From Flavobacteriales bacterium (GTDB lineage Bacteria > Bacteroidota > Bacteroidia > Flavobacteriales_F > PHOS-HE28): a stretch of DNA of 64,000 bases. The position numbers were made by a program, and so were the translations under genes. This document shows, one piece after another, positions 41,725-50,148 of this stretch (its first letter is position 1; each line of letters starts with the position of its first letter). The stretch is from assembly GCA_046329105.1 (NCBI GenBank), contig JAXLVH010000007.1, forward strand, positions 128,515 through 192,514. The letters run 5' to 3'. The notes under the pieces were generated by a model. That model saw only the letters and a list, made by a program, of their open reading frames with translations. It was not told the DNA's origin and made no database searches.

Positions 41725-41832
41725 GAAGCACGAAAGTATACCAGCAACACGCAATATCGGCATTGCCAATGACGATCCGCCGCTTGTTGCTCGAACATTC
41801 GCTCTCACCCTCAAATGGACGAACTTCATGGC

Positions 41833-42309
41833 ATGAGAACGATGATCGGTTTCGCTTGCGCAGCACTGTTGCTGGCAGGTTGTCAGAAAGAAGAGCCTGC
41901 CTCGGACAAAACCAATGTTGTGGCGAACGAGAGTGGCGATAGGGCCATCAAGCTGCGCACGATGGTCTGCGGCGGATGTGACCAGGATGGACACGATTGC
42001 GATTGGTGCGAGTGCGGCGGAGTCCCTTCCAATTGCTTACCGGACGTCATTGTCACCCGGCTTCACAAGCCTGCGGTGGATGAGGTCATCACGGCCATCC
42101 GATCCGGGGATCAGTCCAGTATCAAAACCGCATTCTCGGCGAACGCTTCTGTGCTGGCCCACTACCTGATCGTATCGGATATCGATGCGGTGATCACTGG
42201 CGACGCCTTGGCAACTTCGGAACCCCGCAGCCATGGTGAGCGCTTCATAGTCATTAGCGACCTCCACGATGCCGTCATTTCGGCGTATCCACTTTATGAG
42301 GAGGAATAG
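41833..42309 (+). CDS. hypothetical Cys-rich lipoprotein
   Basis: Lipobox LLLAGCQ and a CGGCDQDGHDCDWCECGG segment. Confidence 0.5.
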   Translation: MRTMIGFACAALLLAGCQKEEPASDKTNVVANESGDRAIKLRTMVCGGCDQDGHDCDWCECGGVPSNCLPDVIVTRLHKPAVDEVITAIRSGDQSSIKTAFSANASVLAHYLIVSDIDAVITGDALATSEPRSHGERFIVISDLHDAVISAYPLYEEE

Positions 42310-42408
42310 ATGGCCGAAGATCCATGCCATCCCTTTTGGCGGGCTGTCCAGCATTGGTCGATATGCCGCAGCCCATGGAGCCAAGGCATAGTTCTTCCTT
42401 CGTGCTAT

Positions 42409-43605
42409 ATGGCTGCATTGGTCGCTGTGATGGTGGCTTTAGGGTCTTGCCGCAGCGCGCCCCCTTCAGAAATAAAACTTGGATGGGGCGATAGCCTTAC
42501 CTACAACACAGGGTTTGCGGTCACCGCTCATCTGAGCGGGCGATGTCCGTGCCCAGACCGTGCGGACAAGAGTGAATGCGTCTATTTCGCCGATGCGGTC
42601 ACTGAGAAGAAAATCGCAATTTTCTCCCTCACAGGATTGTTACTCCAAACCGTCCCACTCGGCGAGGTGCTGAACAACCTCCATCAGATTGATGGTATCA
42701 CTGTGCTGCACCCGGACACCATTGTCATCAACGGAAAGTACAATAACAGGGTCGCCATCATCGACCGGACGGGCCGTTGTTCGGTATTGGCTGACCTTAG
42801 CGAACACATGCGGCGACCTGATGGTTTGACCTACGAACTCTGGACCTCGAATTTCGGCCCATTCGTGCTCGAAAAGCACCTATGCTTCCATGTCTCGCTG
42901 GTCGCCAATTCGATCGGCGGATATTGTGGCCAAGATGCGCCGCGTGTGAATGAAACGTACAGGTATGAATGGCTGGACCGAAACGGCCCCCACTTCGCCT
43001 CCCTCTCATTGGACTCTATAACCGATGGACCACGACTAATATGGGGCCCAACCGAATCGGACAAAGACACCATCCAGAATATCGCGCTGGTGCATCGCCT
43101 CGGATCCTATGCATGCGTCAATGGGCTATGGTTCGCTTTCTCGATCAACAGCCCCGACATCCTCATTCTTGACCCGGTGCGGATGCGCGACGTACGGCGC
43201 ATCCCAGTGCGTTCAGACTTCACCTCCACCTGTCGCGAGCCGGTGATGCTGCCCAAAGGCAAGGTACTCAACCTGCAAGACTCGCTGAATGACAGGCTGT
43301 ACAACGGCGGCTTCATCGAAACCATCCATTTCGATCGACCCAGCCAGCGCTATCTTGTGATTTTGCGCCACCGCGTCATCAAGGAGATCATGGATGGGAA
43401 AGAGCACCGACGCGGGGCCTATACCTTGCAGCAATACGACCGCGACTTCAATTTTATCAATGAAACGCCCATCACCGACAACAAGCACAAATTGCCCTTC
43501 ATGCTCTGTCTCCCGCAAGGCACTTACGTCATCCGTTCCGAGAGCAAACGGGAGAAGATGCGCGGCGTACACATATATGATCGCATCCTGCTTGATGAAC
43601 AATAA
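42409..43605 (+). CDS. hypothetical lipoprotein
   Basis: Lipobox VALGSC at the chosen internal start. No family recognised. Confidence 0.45.
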   Translation: MAALVAVMVALGSCRSAPPSEIKLGWGDSLTYNTGFAVTAHLSGRCPCPDRADKSECVYFADAVTEKKIAIFSLTGLLLQTVPLGEVLNNLHQIDGITVLHPDTIVINGKYNNRVAIIDRTGRCSVLADLSEHMRRPDGLTYELWTSNFGPFVLEKHLCFHVSLVANSIGGYCGQDAPRVNETYRYEWLDRNGPHFASLSLDSITDGPRLIWGPTESDKDTIQNIALVHRLGSYACVNGLWFAFSINSPDILILDPVRMRDVRRIPVRSDFTSTCREPVMLPKGKVLNLQDSLNDRLYNGGFIETIHFDRPSQRYLVILRHRVIKEIMDGKEHRRGAYTLQQYDRDFNFINETPITDNKHKLPFMLCLPQGTYVIRSESKREKMRGVHIYDRILLDEQ

Positions 43606-44089
43606 GACCGTTCCAGCATTCGTACTGCTTTCGGTGGTCGCGGGCTGCCAACACGTGGGCGCGGGCAAGGACAGTGCTACCGAGCAGCTGCGCGGCCTGG
43701 TAGGCCAGTACCGGAACGATGTGCCCATGTCGGGACTGAAATCGATCCTGGTCGTCACTGAAGAAGGATGCCCCGGGTGCAACAAGTCCCTGGCCCGGCT
43801 GGTGGAAGACTACCTGGCCGATACATCAACTCTGGTATGGGTATCCGCCGTGGGGGGCATGGTGGACATCAGCCCCTTCAAAGCCGAGCCGGAACGCGTG
43901 GTTTGGGACTATGGCGATAGTCTGCGGTCCCTCGGGATCATCAAAGGCTCCGGTGCCATCTTTTTGGACTCGGGCAAGATCGATACGGTCATCCAGCTTG
44001 ATGCCCGCAACCTGGGGACCGCGTTGGCGTTGGTTTCCGACCGCCTGAGCACGCCGGCCAACGCTCCGGCGGACAACCCCTCCAGATAG
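43595..44089 (+). CDS. hypothetical lipoprotein with thioredoxin-like CxxC (CPGC)
   Basis: Lipobox VVAGCQ and a CPGC motif. Confidence 0.5.
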   Translation: MNNKTVPAFVLLSVVAGCQHVGAGKDSATEQLRGLVGQYRNDVPMSGLKSILVVTEEGCPGCNKSLARLVEDYLADTSTLVWVSAVGGMVDISPFKAEPERVVWDYGDSLRSLGIIKGSGAIFLDSGKIDTVIQLDARNLGTALALVSDRLSTPANAPADNPSR

Positions 44090-44119
44090 CGTACCCTGCT
44101 GCGCTAAGTTGCGCCCGGC

Positions 44120-44584
44120 TCATTGTTTCCTTCGTTTCAACTCATGCACATCCAGCAGATCCTTCGGACGTGCGCTGCGCACCTTGCTCTCGATCAGGTC
44201 GTCCCGGCCGATCACCCGGTAGCGTGCCAATGGTACCCCGTCCGTTTCGGCGAGTACGCACCGCGACCACGCCTCTTCGAAGGTGCATCCGGGGTTGAAG
44301 CGCGTGATCAATTCGATCTCCTGCTCCGGCGAGATCTTGATCGAAATGTTCTGCTCAGCGGCCAACACCTTCGTCGGGAGCGCGTCGACCTCGTAGCCTA
44401 TGGCCTTCAGCACCGTCAGGAGCCTGTTGAAGTTCTCTGGTGAAGATTCGATCCACAGGTCAATATCGGCTGAATGACGTTTGTAGCCATGGTGATTCAC
44501 CGCCGCGCCTCCGACCATGATGATGCGCAGGCCCTCCCGCTGGGCCAATGAAAGGAACACCTTGACCTCAGCCTCGAACTCCAT
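44120..44584 (-). CDS. nucleotidyltransferase-like protein (putative)
   Basis: GG..N..G..R...DIDLWI is reminiscent of the minimal NTase fold (GS/GG...D.D). Weak call. Confidence 0.35.
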   Translation of the reverse strand: MEFEAEVKVFLSLAQREGLRIIMVGGAAVNHHGYKRHSADIDLWIESSPENFNRLLTVLKAIGYEVDALPTKVLAAEQNISIKISPEQEIELITRFNPGCTFEEAWSRCVLAETDGVPLARYRVIGRDDLIESKVRSARPKDLLDVHELKRRKQ

Positions 44585-44771
44585 CCGCCCGCTTCCAGAT
44601 GATGAAGTTGCCCTTCGCCTCTCCGCGCTCTTCCCGCGTTGGGGGGTTGCGGGTGATCTCGCGCAGATACAGCGCCAAGCGCTCCCACGGTGTCAGCGCC
44701 ATGAACTCCCGCTCGCGCCGGGCGTTGCTCTCCTCCTTCGTCTCAAAACGGATACGGGGATCGGTGCGCAT
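44568..44771 (-). CDS. small hypothetical protein overlapping the start of the NTase-like gene
   Basis: 67-aa ORF with a 17-nt overlap with the downstream gene. No family recognised. Confidence 0.3.
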   Translation of the reverse strand: MRTDPRIRFETKEESNARREREFMALTPWERLALYLREITRNPPTREERGEAKGNFIIWKRADGVRG

Positions 44772-44783
44772 CGTTGGGCGCCG

Positions 44784-46727
44784 TTATGCGGAGGCTATCG
44801 ACTTCTTCACGCCTTTCTGCGGCATCATCTCCTTCACCGCCGCGACGAGCGCAACCTCATCGAATCCACATTCGGCGTAGAGTTCCTTCTGCGACCCGTG
44901 CTCGATCCACTTGTCCGGGATCCCCAAGCGCTTCACGTGGGCACTGTATCCATGATCGGCCATGAACTCCAGCACCGCGCTGCCCATGCCGCCCTGGATG
45001 CAACCGTCCTCGATGGTGATCACATACTTGAACTTGCCGAAGACCTCGTGCAGCAGCATCTCGTCGATGGGCTTGGCGAAACGCATGTCGTAGTGGGCGA
45101 TGGAATACCCTTCCGCCTGTAGCGCATCGATCCCCTTCGCGGCGATGTTGCCGATATGACCGATGCTGAGCACCGCGAGATCATTGCCCGTGCGCACACG
45201 CCGACCGGTACCGATGGGGATCTCCTTGAACGGGGTCTTCCACTCGGTCATCACGCCTTCGCCGCGTGGGTAGCGGATGCTGAAGGGTCCCTGGTCCTTC
45301 AGTTGCGCGGTGTACATCAGGTTGCGCAGTTCCTCCTCGTTCATCGGCGCACTCACGATCATGTTGGGGATGCAACGGAAGTACGCGATATCGAAGGCGC
45401 CATGGTGTGTGGGGCCATCCGCTCCGGCCAGTCCGCCGCGATCCAGGCAAAAGACGACGTGCAGGTTCTGCAAGGCCACATCATGCACCACCTGATCGTA
45501 GGCACGCTGCATGAACGAGCTGTAGATGTTGCAGAACGGTACCATGCCCTGCGTGGCGAGGCCGGCGCTGAAGGTGACGGCGTGCTGTTCGGCGATGCCC
45601 ACATCGAAGGCACGATCGGGCATGGCCTTCATCATGATGTTCAGCGAGCAACCGGTGGGCATGGCCGGTGTGATGCCGACGATCCGATCGTTCTTCTCGG
45701 CCAGTTCCACGATGGTGTGGCCGAAAACATCCTGGTATTTGGGTGGCTGCGGGCTTTTGGGCACCACCTTGATGATCTCGCCGGTCTCCTTGTTGAAGAG
45801 GCCCGGTGCATGCCAGACGGTCGGACTGCCGACCTCCGCAGGCGCGTAGCCCTTGCCTTTCACCGTCACCGTGTGCAACAGCTTGGGGCCGGGGATGTCG
45901 CGCAGGTCCTTCAACACTTTCACAAGGCGCTCCACGTCGTGCCCGTCCACCGGACCGAAGTAGCGGAACTTGAGGCTCTCGAACAGGTTGCTCTGCTTGA
46001 GCAGGGCGGTCTTGAGCGCGGCATCGAACTTCTGCGCAATGGCCTGCGCGTTCGGGCCGAACTTGCTGAGCTTGCCGAGCACCTTCCACACCTCGTCCTT
46101 CACCTTGTTGTAGGTATGGCTGGTGGTGATGTCGGTGAGGTACTCCTTGAGCGCACCCACGTTCGGGTCGATGCTCATGCAGTTGTCGTTGAGCACCACG
46201 AGCAGGTCGCTGTTGGCCGTACCCGCGTGGTTCAGAGCCTCGAAAGCCATGCCGGCGGTCATAGCGCCATCGCCGATCACGGCCACCACCTGGCGATCGT
46301 TCTCGTGCTTGAGCTTGCTGGCGACGGCCATGCCCAGCGCACCGCCCACGGAGGTGGAGCTGTGGCCTACGCCAAAGGTGTCGTACGCGCTCTCACTGCG
46401 CTTGGGAAAGCCGCTGATGCCCTTATGGATGCGATTGGTGTGGAAGACCTCGCGCCTTCCGGTGAGGATCTTATGCCCGTACGCCTGGTGGCCCACATCC
46501 CACACCAGCTGGTCGTAGGGTGTGTTGAACACGTAATGCAGCGCCACGGTCAGTTCCACCACGCCGAGGCTGGCACCGAAATGGCCACCCTTCACGCTCA
46601 CCACATCAATGATGAAATCGCGGAGTTCCTTGCAGACCTGCTCCAACTGGACCTCCTCCAGCTTGCGCAGATCAGCAGGATCCTGGATCCGTTCGAGCAA
46701 GGGGTAGGTGCCAGTGGGTCGGTCCAT
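44784..46727 (-). CDS. dxs: 1-deoxy-D-xylulose-5-phosphate synthase
   Basis: TPP-binding motifs (GHxGxSLG, DVGHQAYGHKILTGRR) and transketolase-like C-terminal domains. Confidence 0.95.
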   Translation of the reverse strand: MDRPTGTYPLLERIQDPADLRKLEEVQLEQVCKELRDFIIDVVSVKGGHFGASLGVVELTVALHYVFNTPYDQLVWDVGHQAYGHKILTGRREVFHTNRIHKGISGFPKRSESAYDTFGVGHSSTSVGGALGMAVASKLKHENDRQVVAVIGDGAMTAGMAFEALNHAGTANSDLLVVLNDNCMSIDPNVGALKEYLTDITTSHTYNKVKDEVWKVLGKLSKFGPNAQAIAQKFDAALKTALLKQSNLFESLKFRYFGPVDGHDVERLVKVLKDLRDIPGPKLLHTVTVKGKGYAPAEVGSPTVWHAPGLFNKETGEIIKVVPKSPQPPKYQDVFGHTIVELAEKNDRIVGITPAMPTGCSLNIMMKAMPDRAFDVGIAEQHAVTFSAGLATQGMVPFCNIYSSFMQRAYDQVVHDVALQNLHVVFCLDRGGLAGADGPTHHGAFDIAYFRCIPNMIVSAPMNEEELRNLMYTAQLKDQGPFSIRYPRGEGVMTEWKTPFKEIPIGTGRRVRTGNDLAVLSIGHIGNIAAKGIDALQAEGYSIAHYDMRFAKPIDEMLLHEVFGKFKYVITIEDGCIQGGMGSAVLEFMADHGYSAHVKRLGIPDKWIEHGSQKELYAECGFDEVALVAAVKEMMPQKGVKKSIASA

Positions 46728-46870
46728 GCGTTGGGGGCTGGAAAAGAGCAACAAAGGTAGAAGGAGGGCGGCTTGCTGTCCCGGTCTTCAACGTGATCCT
46801 GGTCCGTCCATTGTGGAATGGATCAAACCCGGCATGATCTTCGTACTCTAATGGGCATCAACCGAACGCC

Positions 46871-47908
46871 ATGAAACGCTGGACCCTCTTCCCGCTCGCC
46901 ATCGCCATAGGCTCGTCTCTTCTGGCACAGGACACGGCACGCGACAGCACCGGCCTGCCCGGCGATCAATTCAACTTGGAAGGCGCGCTCGACCTCTTCA
47001 AGCGGAACCTTGAGATGGAGGGCTTCGAGAAAGCGCTGAACACCGACAGCAACCGGGTGAACAACCTGGACCTGGACGGCAATGGCCGGATCGACTACGT
47101 GCGGGTGGAGACCCAGCGCGAAGGCAACGCGGCCTATGTGGTGATGAAGGTGGCGGTGAGCGCCACCGAGAGCCAGGACGTGGCGGTGATCGCCATTGAA
47201 AAGACCGGCGAGGAGAGTGCCATCCTCCAGATTATCGGCGATGAGGCCCTGTACGGACCGGATGCGATCGTGGAGCCATACGCCGAGGAACAGGGCATGG
47301 CCCCTTCCAAAGGTCCTTCGGCTCCTGAATTGCATGGCTTCTTCGTCACGGTGAACTGCTGGTTCTGGGAGCCGGTGCCCTGGTTCTTCAGCGACCGCTG
47401 GTACGCCTATCACTCACCTTGGTATTGGGGCTACTATCCGCCGTGGTGGAACACATGGGCCCCGTATGACTGGTTCATCTGGCACGGCTGGTGGGGCTAC
47501 CATCACCACTGGTACCGGCCCTGGGGTAGTTGTCGTGTGGGCTCCGCACAAGCGTTGTACCTGCCCCGTCGGGCGCAGAGTGCAATCGTTCGGGAGCGGT
47601 ACCGGGATGTGCGTGCGCGCTATGAGAAGAACCCCGCCCGCCTGCAGAAGGGACCGGCTGACGGCTTGCAGAAAGAGCGGCATGGGAAAGATGCGGTACG
47701 AGAGCGGCCGGTGACCCCGGATCGCCCTCAACGGGCGAAGGCTCCGGAAGCCCGCCCCAGCAAGGAACCGGGCAAGAACGGAGTGGCCCGGCCCGGCAAA
47801 GCACCACGCCAGCCGGAGGCCCGGCCCGCGCGCAGGCCAGCTAAAGCGCGACCCGCACCCGCGCCGCGGCCGACCCCACGTCCTTCGCCACGGCCACGCG
47901 GCAGATAG
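46871..47908 (+). CDS. secreted protein with Trp/Tyr-rich core and Pro/Arg/Ala-rich C-terminal tail
   Basis: Signal peptide, then a WFWEPVPWFF...WYWGYYPPWWNTWAPYDWFIWHGWWGYHHHWYRPWG segment, then PRPxPRP repeats. Confidence 0.5.
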   Translation: MKRWTLFPLAIAIGSSLLAQDTARDSTGLPGDQFNLEGALDLFKRNLEMEGFEKALNTDSNRVNNLDLDGNGRIDYVRVETQREGNAAYVVMKVAVSATESQDVAVIAIEKTGEESAILQIIGDEALYGPDAIVEPYAEEQGMAPSKGPSAPELHGFFVTVNCWFWEPVPWFFSDRWYAYHSPWYWGYYPPWWNTWAPYDWFIWHGWWGYHHHWYRPWGSCRVGSAQALYLPRRAQSAIVRERYRDVRARYEKNPARLQKGPADGLQKERHGKDAVRERPVTPDRPQRAKAPEARPSKEPGKNGVARPGKAPRQPEARPARRPAKARPAPAPRPTPRPSPRPRGR

Positions 47909-48008
47909 GTCCTCCACATACGGGGATAACAGGAGGCTCCCGGTGGTCGTGATCACCGGGGGCCTTCCGCTTTCCGTACTACCCCTTCTTCAGGAAAGCG
48001 TCCCATCC
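47897..48008. repeat. ~112-bp direct repeat, copy 1 (duplicate of thiL 3' end plus terminator hairpin)
   Basis: About 92% identical to 48420..48532. Re-encodes GWDAFLKKG* and the CCCGGTGGTCGTGATCACCGGG hairpin. Confidence 0.8.
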
Positions 48009-48184
48009 TTCCTGCATTCAGTGATCGCCGCGAGTTCCAACCCGATCGTACGCTGCAAGCCTTGATGACCGGGCACATCCGAATTTGATCGGGTGACTCG
48101 CCCAATCCCCCATTCCCGAGCAAAATAGTGTTCAGACCGGCCTGAACGTGCTGAGGATCGCGTATTCAGAAACGATACCGGCTT

Positions 48185-48330
48185 GTTGCAGCGCTTCGGC
48201 AGGCTCAGCGTGACAGCTCATCGGGAGTGTTCAAGAAAAGTGCTCTTGGACACTCATGTCCCCACTGTCACGCTGAGCCCGCCGACTGCGCCTATGCGTA
48301 GCCGCTCCGGCGAAGTGAGGAGCGCCATAC
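48185..48330. repeat. palindromic dispersed repeat (R1 family, copy B): GGCTCAGCGTGACAG-N48-CTGTCACGCTGAGCC + tail GCCGACTGCGCCTATGCGTAGCCGCTCCGGCGAAGTGAGGAGCGCC
   Basis: Perfect 15-bp inverted repeat. Roughly 85% identical to copy D. Confidence 0.8.
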
Positions 48331-48419
48331 TCCCGTTCCCGGCGCTCGTTCCGGATCTTGAACACAAACACTTGCCCTCACCGATCATCTCGGGTGTCCC
48401 GATCGCTGAAAACAGGGCA

Positions 48420-48532
48420 GCGCGGCAGATAGGTCGTCCACATACTGGAATATCAGGAGGCTCCCGGTGGTCGTGATCACCGGGGGCCTTCCGCTTTCCG
48501 TACTACCCCTTTTTCAGGAATGCGTCCCAGCC
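48420..48532. repeat. ~112-bp direct repeat, copy 2 (authentic thiL 3' end and terminator)
   Basis: See 47897..48008. Confidence 0.8.
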
Positions 48533-49546
48533 CTGCGCGCGCAGCTCGTGCTGGCCGCCCTGCTTGTCGATGAGCGCGTACCCGCTGTTCCTGTCGGTCA
48601 TGTACCCGATCACGGTGAGGCTCGGGTTGCCCTTCACCTTGTCGTAGTCGGCCTGGGCGATGGTGAAAAGCAGTTCGTAGTCCTCGCCGCCGTTGAGCGC
48701 GCAGGTCGTGGGGTCCAGGTTGAAATCGCGGGCGGTCTGATAGGTCCCGGGGTCGATCGGTATTTTTTCGTCGTGGATGCGCACGCCAAGGCCCGAACTG
48801 CGAGCCAGGTGTATGGCCTCGCTGGCCAGTCCATCGCTCACGTCGATCATGGCGGTGGGCCGCACATGCAACTGCTTCAGCAGCGCAATGATGTCCCGCC
48901 GGGCTTCGGGCTTCAACTGGCGCTCGAGGATGTAGTCGTGTCCTTCGAGGTCCGGTTGCGCGCTGGTCTCCCGGAACACGGCCTTCTCGCGCTCCAGCAC
49001 CTGGAGGCCCATGTAGGCGCCGCCCAGATCGCCGCTTACCACCAGCAGATCGTGCTCCTTCGCACCGCTGCGGTACGTGATGTCCTCCTTCCGCGCCGCG
49101 CCGATGGCGGTGATACCGATGACCAGCCCGCTGGTGCTGCTGCACGTGTCGCCGCCCACGAGGTCCACGCCATAGTTCTTGCAGGCCAGCAGCATGCCCT
49201 CGTACAACTCGTCGATGGCCTCTACGGGAAAGCGGTTGCTGAGGGCCAGCGCCACCGTCACCTGTCGGGGTTCGGCGTTCATGGCGTACACATCGCTCAG
49301 GTTCACCACGATGGCCTTGTAGCCCAGGTGCTTCAGCGGCACGTAGCCCAGGTCGAAATGGACACCTTCCACCAGCATATCGGTGGTGACCACTTGGTGC
49401 AGGCCCTGCGGATCCAGAACGGCGGCATCATCGCCGATGCCCTTCACCGAGGAGGGATTCGCGAGACGAACGCGGGAGGCGATGCGCTCGATGAGGCCGA
49501 ATTCGCCGAGGGCGGAGAGTTCGGTGCGGGTGGTTGACTCGGACAT
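48503..49546 (-). CDS. thiL: thiamine-monophosphate kinase
   Basis: AIR-synthase-related fold with the GDDAAVL motif. Confidence 0.85.
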   Translation of the reverse strand: MSESTTRTELSALGEFGLIERIASRVRLANPSSVKGIGDDAAVLDPQGLHQVVTTDMLVEGVHFDLGYVPLKHLGYKAIVVNLSDVYAMNAEPRQVTVALALSNRFPVEAIDELYEGMLLACKNYGVDLVGGDTCSSTSGLVIGITAIGAARKEDITYRSGAKEHDLLVVSGDLGGAYMGLQVLEREKAVFRETSAQPDLEGHDYILERQLKPEARRDIIALLKQLHVRPTAMIDVSDGLASEAIHLARSSGLGVRIHDEKIPIDPGTYQTARDFNLDPTTCALNGGEDYELLFTIAQADYDKVKGNPSLTVIGYMTDRNSGYALIDKQGGQHELRAQGWDAFLKKG

Positions 49547-49631
49547 GGTGCGCGAAGCTATCCCTTCAACATCGCGTAGGGCGAGCACGCACGCTGGAAG
49601 CAGGGCCCAACTCCGTACCTTTGAGGCCCAT

Positions 49632-49646
49632 TTAGAACAGTTCTAA
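49632..49646. promoter_or_regulatory. perfect palindrome TTAGAAC-A-GTTCTAA 46 bp upstream of sufA
   Basis: Read directly. Its position is appropriate for an operator of the sufAB transcription unit. Confidence 0.4.
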
Positions 49647-49691
49647 AGGCGAAAAAGACCCCTCCTCCGCCAAGGCTACGGCGGGCAACGA

Positions 49692-50018
49692 ATGATCAAG
49701 GTGAGCGAGACCGCCAAAAGCGAGGTCACCAAATTGCTGGGCATGGAAGGACGTGGGCCTCAGCACTTCGTACGCGTGGGCGTGAAGGGCGGCGGCTGTT
49801 CCGGCCTGATGTACGACCTGACCTTCGACGACCAGATGAAGGACGGCGACAAGGTCTTTGAGGACAACGGCGTGAAGGTGGTGGTGGACAAGAAGAGCCT
49901 GCTCTACCTGCTGGGCACCACGCTCGACTTCAGCGGTGGTCTCAATGGCAAGGGCTTCCAGTTCGTGAACCCCAACGCCAGCCGGACCTGCGGGTGTGGG
50001 GAGAGTTTTTCGATATGA
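49692..50018 (+). CDS. sufA: HesB/IscA-family Fe-S cluster insertion protein
   Basis: 108 aa with the C-terminal CGCGESF motif. Confidence 0.9.
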   Translation: MIKVSETAKSEVTKLLGMEGRGPQHFVRVGVKGGGCSGLMYDLTFDDQMKDGDKVFEDNGVKVVVDKKSLLYLLGTTLDFSGGLNGKGFQFVNPNASRTCGCGESFSI

Positions 50019-50032
50019 ATCGATACAGTATT

Positions 50033-50139
50033 GAGAATGGTGAAAATGGAGAGAAAGTGATATGCCCTGGACGATGATCAACACCTGTAACCTGTAGTCC
50101 CACTTTCTCACCGCCTTCACCACCCTCACCGTTCTCACC
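50033..50139. repeat. cargo-less copy of the GGTGA-rich / CACC-rich complementary bracket motifs
   Basis: Left arm GAGAATGGTGAAAATGGAGAGAAAGTGA and right arm CCACTTTCTCACCGCCTTCACCACCCTCACCGTTCTCACC are separated by 38 bp. Same architecture as the brackets around 2537..3007. Confidence 0.6.
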
Positions 50140-50148
50140 CGCATTCCT

